Below are positions 23,778-27,287 of a stretch of DNA of 27,287 nucleotides, in pieces (the first letter of the stretch is position 1; each line of letters begins with the position of its first letter). This stretch comes from Armatimonadota bacterium (lineage in GTDB: Bacteria; Armatimonadota; Armatimonadia; Armatimonadales; Armatimonadaceae). The notes beneath the pieces were generated by a model. That model made no database searches, was not told the DNA's origin, and saw only the letters and a program-made list of their open reading frames with translations. A program made the position numbers and the translations under genes. The stretch covers positions 1 to 27,287 of the forward strand of contig JBEEMN010000001.1 in assembly GCA_041192625.1 (NCBI GenBank), read 5' to 3'.

Positions 23778-25994
23778 TCAGCGATCATCATCACTCCGCG
23801 GTTCGCGTGGTGCCTCGAGTGCGGCATCCGCCTGATCCTGTTCTGGATACCTAATACGACCGTGCATTGTGCCGCTGAGAATATGGATGAAGACCGTCTC
23901 AATCGTTTTCATTTCCCGAAGCGTGAGATCACTTTCATCCAGCTGGCCATCCGCGAGCTTGTCCTGAATCATCCGCTGTACAAACTCCGCAAGCTTCTGC
24001 GGCGTTGCCTGCTGCAGGACACGACTGGCGGCCTCCACAGTATCTGCGAGCATCAGGATTGCCGCTTCTTTGGACTGTGGCTTCGGTCCTGGGTAGCGGA
24101 ACTGCGCTTCCAGGAGGCGATCTGGTACGCCATCAGTCGCCTGATGATAGAAGTACTTCATCACGGATGTCCCGTGGTGCTGCGACATCACATCGATGAC
24201 TTTAGCTGGAATTCCGGCAACCTTGGCCATTTCCATGCCATCTTTGACATGGGATGCGAGGACAACTGCGGAGAGACTTGGGTTAATGGTTTCGTGGATG
24301 TTCTCACCGGTTTGATTTTCGATGAAGAACTCTGGCCGGCTCATTTTGCCAAGGTCATGGTAATAGGCTGCAACCCTCGTCAGAAGGGCATCAGCGCCTA
24401 TCGCCTCCGCGGCACCGCTGGCAAGGTTTGCCACCATCAGCGAGTGGGCATAGGTTCCGGGAACGTGCATCCGGAATTCCTGTAGAAGCGGCGTAGCAGG
24501 GTCTGCCAGTTCTAAGAGTCGCAAATGTGTTGTAACACCAAAGATACGCTCAAAGATAGCCACTCCAAGATAGAAGAGCATCAGAGCAACACCACCCGCG
24601 ACCACTCCCCAGAGGACACCTGTGATGTGTTCTTGGAGGGTGTCACCTTCGATGAGTCCTGCGAGAACAATGAGAAATGCATTTGAAATCGCAAGAAGGA
24701 GACCGCTTCGCAGGAGGTCTGTCCGGTTTCGCAGGGTGGAGACAGCAACAATCCCAACAAGGGATGAACCGAGCGTCACGATGGTAAAGCGGAGCTCATT
24801 GTTCAGAATCAACCCGGCGGCTGTTGAGAGGAGTGCGACCACAAGGATAGAGATGTTAGGGCAGACGAGAACAGCGAGGACCATCCCGGCGGATGCCACA
24901 CACATCATTCCAAGGTATCCAAAGTGAACCCCTGAAAATGGCAGGCCAAGGAGTGTGGAACCAATTTTGATGCCTGCAACAGCGATGGTGACGACGATTG
25001 CAGTAAGGACTTTCAGATTGTTTCGGGACCAGATTTCCCGTGCGTACTGCCTCGCAAACGCGCTGACCAACAACACCATCCCGCTGACAAGGAGGAAGAC
25101 CGTGGAGATCGCACTTGCATCGAGTGTGGCTGAACGCAGTCCAAGAGCGCTAAAGGCATCCAAATGCGCTTGTGTGGTTCGCTCACCACTGCGGATCACT
25201 GCCTGCCCTGCTGCGACACGTCGGTATTGACGAGGAATGCGTGATTGTGCATCTGCTCGTCGGCGGGTGGTTTCCATTCTGTCCAGAATGCGATTCGGGG
25301 TTATCAAGCCTTGAAGAATCATTCGCACTGGCGACCGGAGTTGCTCAGGGAGGCTGTCGATTGCCATCGCGGCAGCAGCATCGCGCTTTGCAACAGCGAT
25401 GTCATCCTGGGTGTCATGGATTGGCGTGATCATCACGCGGGAAAGAACAGCGGATGCCACATTGAGGGCTGCGGTACGACCATCCCGGTCTGCGCTAAGC
25501 AGCGGCTCGAGCACTTTTTTGTAGGACAGTGCGAGTCCCGTTGCTCGTTCAACATCGGCGACGATGACCTTTTCAGCATCCCTGTCAGCCGTTTCGACGA
25601 TGCTAAAAACCGCTTGGAGGGCTTCATCCGCCTGCTTGGCAGCATCCGATTGGACGACAAATACTTCATCGATGTCGTCTGCGGCCTCGCGTCGTAGCCT
25701 GGATGTAAGCTCGGTATCTTCGTAGCGAACCGTGCGCTGAGCGACGACATCAGATGTCGCCGTTTCGCCAAGCTTGAGATTGGTCCGGTTAGGGAGGAGG
25801 TGCGCACAAAGGAGTGCGGTGAGGGCAATCGTAACCGCAATGCCAAGAACGATATTGAAGCGTTCTGGAGCCGGCGCAGGAACGGCTGTCGTCCGGCGCA
25901 TCGCAGCACGCAAGCGGAACGCAGAACGTCCATCCTGGGGTTGAGGGGCAACTTTGGTTAGAAACCGGGTTGCTAATTCTGAAAAGATTGCCAA
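23778..25994 (-). CDS. 7TM-HD family phosphohydrolase (PgpH/YqfF-like; putative cyclic-di-AMP phosphodiesterase)
   Basis: N-terminal TM, extracellular 7TMR-HDED-like region, 7TM block, then 'LLELADP..PLL......PGTYAHSLMVANLA', 'AAYYHDLGKM..PEFFIENQ', 'SHVKDG', 'QHHGT', 'FRYPGPKPQSKEAAILMLADTVEAASR'. The position next to ybeY/dgkA matches the conserved cluster. The TTG start at 25994 is doubtful; ATG 25901 is an alternative. Confidence 0.9.
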   Translation of the reverse strand: MAIFSELATRFLTKVAPQPQDGRSAFRLRAAMRRTTAVPAPAPERFNIVLGIAVTIALTALLCAHLLPNRTNLKLGETATSDVVAQRTVRYEDTELTSRLRREAADDIDEVFVVQSDAAKQADEALQAVFSIVETADRDAEKVIVADVERATGLALSYKKVLEPLLSADRDGRTAALNVASAVLSRVMITPIHDTQDDIAVAKRDAAAAMAIDSLPEQLRSPVRMILQGLITPNRILDRMETTRRRADAQSRIPRQYRRVAAGQAVIRSGERTTQAHLDAFSALGLRSATLDASAISTVFLLVSGMVLLVSAFARQYAREIWSRNNLKVLTAIVVTIAVAGIKIGSTLLGLPFSGVHFGYLGMMCVASAGMVLAVLVCPNISILVVALLSTAAGLILNNELRFTIVTLGSSLVGIVAVSTLRNRTDLLRSGLLLAISNAFLIVLAGLIEGDTLQEHITGVLWGVVAGGVALMLFYLGVAIFERIFGVTTHLRLLELADPATPLLQEFRMHVPGTYAHSLMVANLASGAAEAIGADALLTRVAAYYHDLGKMSRPEFFIENQTGENIHETINPSLSAVVLASHVKDGMEMAKVAGIPAKVIDVMSQHHGTSVMKYFYHQATDGVPDRLLEAQFRYPGPKPQSKEAAILMLADTVEAASRVLQQATPQKLAEFVQRMIQDKLADGQLDESDLTLREMKTIETVFIHILSGTMHGRIRYPEQDQADAALEAPREPRSDDDR

Positions 25995-26005
25995 TGAATT
26001 GTCAA
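25976..26005 (-). promoter_or_regulatory. Possible internal sigma70 promoter for the 7TM-HD/ybeY/dgkA/hlyC block
   Basis: Minus strand TTGACA (26005-26000), 18-nt spacer, CAGAAT (25981-25976). Confidence 0.4.
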
Positions 26006-26030
26006 CGGGGATGATTAGAAACCATCCCCG
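26006..26030 (-). terminator. Hairpin downstream of rpsU (terminator- or stabiliser-like)
   Basis: Perfect 8-bp stem cggggatg/catccccg with a 9-nt loop, 17 nt after the rpsU stop; the U-tract is weak (UUGACAAUU). A second 6-bp stem (aagagc/gctctt, 26042-26058) spans the stop codon. Confidence 0.5.
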
Positions 26031-26047
26031 AATCCTTATAAAAGAGC

Positions 26048-26236
26048 TTAGCGCTCTTCGTTCCGCTCGATCTTACGACGGCGGGCGGCTTCTGCACGGC
26101 GACGTTGGTCACTCGGCTTCTCATAAAATTCATGAGCGCGGGCAGCCTTGAGGACGCCATCCTGTTGGAGTACCTTCTTGAAGCGCTTGAGCGCGATTTC
26201 AATCGGTTCACCTGGCTTGACTTGAACTTGTGCCAT
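26048..26236 (-). CDS. rpsU: 30S ribosomal protein S21
   Basis: MAQVQVKPGEPIEIALKRFKKVLQQDGVLKAARAHEFYEKPSDQRRR; strong RBS (AAGGGGGG) before ATG 26236. Confidence 0.96.
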   Translation of the reverse strand: MAQVQVKPGEPIEIALKRFKKVLQQDGVLKAARAHEFYEKPSDQRRRAEAARRRKIERNEER

Positions 26237-26331
26237 TTCGTTTCCCCCCTTTACCAAACCGTCTCACGGCCACATTTGGCCACGGAAAGCGAGTGTGTTT
26301 CCCTCTCGGAAAAACAAATCTTGCGATAGGC

Positions 26332-26340
26332 ACTATATCA
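26332..26340 (-). promoter_or_regulatory. Putative extended -10 promoter for rpsU
   Basis: Minus strand TG-A-TATAGT (TGnTAnnnT); no convincing -35. Confidence 0.4.
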
Positions 26341-26372
26341 CACGCAGTCTAGTGGCATCCGCACCAAGTTCC

Positions 26373-26398
26373 GGTAATGATAGTAATCAATACCATCA
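26373..26398. promoter_or_regulatory. AT-rich overlapping dyads, candidate Fur-family-like operator
   Basis: GGTAATGAT-AGTA-ATCAATACC (8/9 inverted match) overlaps TGATAGTAAT-C-AATACCATCA (8/10 inverted match). Confidence 0.35.
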
Positions 26399-26453
26399 CT
26401 GCGTACTTAGAAACGCCGATGGATTGAATCATTGACGATTGAGGATTGGCTTC

Positions 26454-27287
26454 ATGCATATCGGCAAGGCGTTCGCGCTATTCGCGGTTACACTCTCCGT
26501 TTTACCTGCACAGGTAGCTCAGGCACAAACAGCGCCAGCAGTTGTTGCTAAAGATGGAACCTACAGCTGGACAGTCAACTTTACAAAGGGTGAAGCGCCA
26601 CGCTACCGCACGTACATCAAGATCAGCGGCCGTCAAGCCGATGAATCCGGTGACGTTCTCATCACGACACGTGGCGAATCCAAGCACGATGTCAAAGATG
26701 TGCTCCCGGATGGCACGGCAACATACGAGCAGCTTGACACACTGAATGCTGCAACGTTCCAGAACATGCCCCTCCCTGCAGACAAGAAGCCACCGGTACC
26801 CGTTGTCATCACCTACTCAAAGGCTGGCATCATGGTCAAGCGTGTCAATCCTGCAGCAGACCCATTCGATCGTTCACAGAAGGGTATTCCAAACCTGATG
26901 TGTATCCCAGCTCCAGTGGCCCCTGTCAAGGTCGGCGAATCATGGAAGTCGGAAATTCCAAACCTGTTGGTCAAGGGACAGAAGATTTCCATCACACAGA
27001 CCCTCGTTGCAGCCGAGAAGGTTATGGGCGTTGATTGCCTCAAGTTGACCGCAAAGTACGACTTTCCTACAACATACGGTGCACAGGAATCTGAGATTTC
27101 TAAGGTTGATTCGACCATCTGGATCGAAGTAAAGACCGGTCAGGTCTTCAAGATTGTCAACACAATTGTAAACCCACTGCTGCCATTCCCTGCAGCAAAG
27201 GTGACATCAACGGCAATCACCACGAAGATTGTGGCTGGACAGAATGACAAGGAAGATGCGGATGGCGAGAAGCTAATTCTCCCAGCG
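26454..27287 (+). CDS. Secreted beta-rich hypothetical protein (possibly DUF6263-like); 3' end runs off the window
   Basis: Not in the ORF track (no stop). 278 open codons from ATG 26454 with GAGGA RBS: MHIGKAFALFAVTLSVLPAQVAQA|QTAPAVVAKDGTYSWTVNFTKGEAPRYRTYIKISG...PVAPVKVGESWKSEI...VMGVDCLKLTAK...IWIEVKTGQV. It has a Sec signal peptide with an AQA cleavage site. Confidence 0.82.
   Translation, partial: MHIGKAFALFAVTLSVLPAQVAQAQTAPAVVAKDGTYSWTVNFTKGEAPRYRTYIKISGRQADESGDVLITTRGESKHDVKDVLPDGTATYEQLDTLNAATFQNMPLPADKKPPVPVVITYSKAGIMVKRVNPAADPFDRSQKGIPNLMCIPAPVAPVKVGESWKSEIPNLLVKGQKISITQTLVAAEKVMGVDCLKLTAKYDFPTTYGAQESEISKVDSTIWIEVKTGQVFKIVNTIVNPLLPFPAAKVTSTAITTKIVAGQNDKEDADGEKLILPA

Noticed and set aside
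23745-24485. 246-aa plus-strand ORF
   Set aside because: It is an antisense shadow of the HD domain coding region.
26265-26284. 8-bp hairpin in the rpsU 5' leader as an autoregulatory RNA
   Set aside because: It is short, includes two G-U pairs and cannot be told from chance in GC-rich sequence without comparative data.

Overview
A 27.3 kb bacterial chromosomal window with 19 protein-coding genes. It probably comes from Armatimonadota; this is inferred from the style of the DUF1559 pilin-like protein and the mix of Planctomycete-type DUF1549/DUF1553/DUF1501 genes with a Firmicute-like pgpH-ybeY-dgkA-hlyC cluster. I see no rRNA, tRNA, CRISPR array or mobile element. Left half (1-14554): two tightly packed operons read away from a 317-bp AT-rich intergenic region carrying a perfect CCAACCGGTTGG palindrome. 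The minus-strand operon is cytochrome c/DUF1549/CBM-like/DUF1553 > DUF1501 > GlcE-like FAD oxidoreductase > sugar-binding protein. The plus-strand operon is DUF1559 pilin-like protein > small lipoprotein > TPR protein > CRTAC1/ASPIC-UnbV lipoprotein > ABC exporter > D-aminoacylase. Right half: zwf-ndh-hypothetical, a tricorn-like S41 protease with a terminator, the conserved rpsU / 7TM-HD / ybeY / dgkA / hlyC block, and a secreted protein running off the right edge. Two real genes at the window edges are missing from the supplied ORF track because they have no stop codon inside the window. The dgkA gene is a DgkA-PAP2 fusion broken by an apparent frameshifting deletion at the phosphatase SGH motif. 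All family assignments come from motif recognition by eye; no database searches were run.
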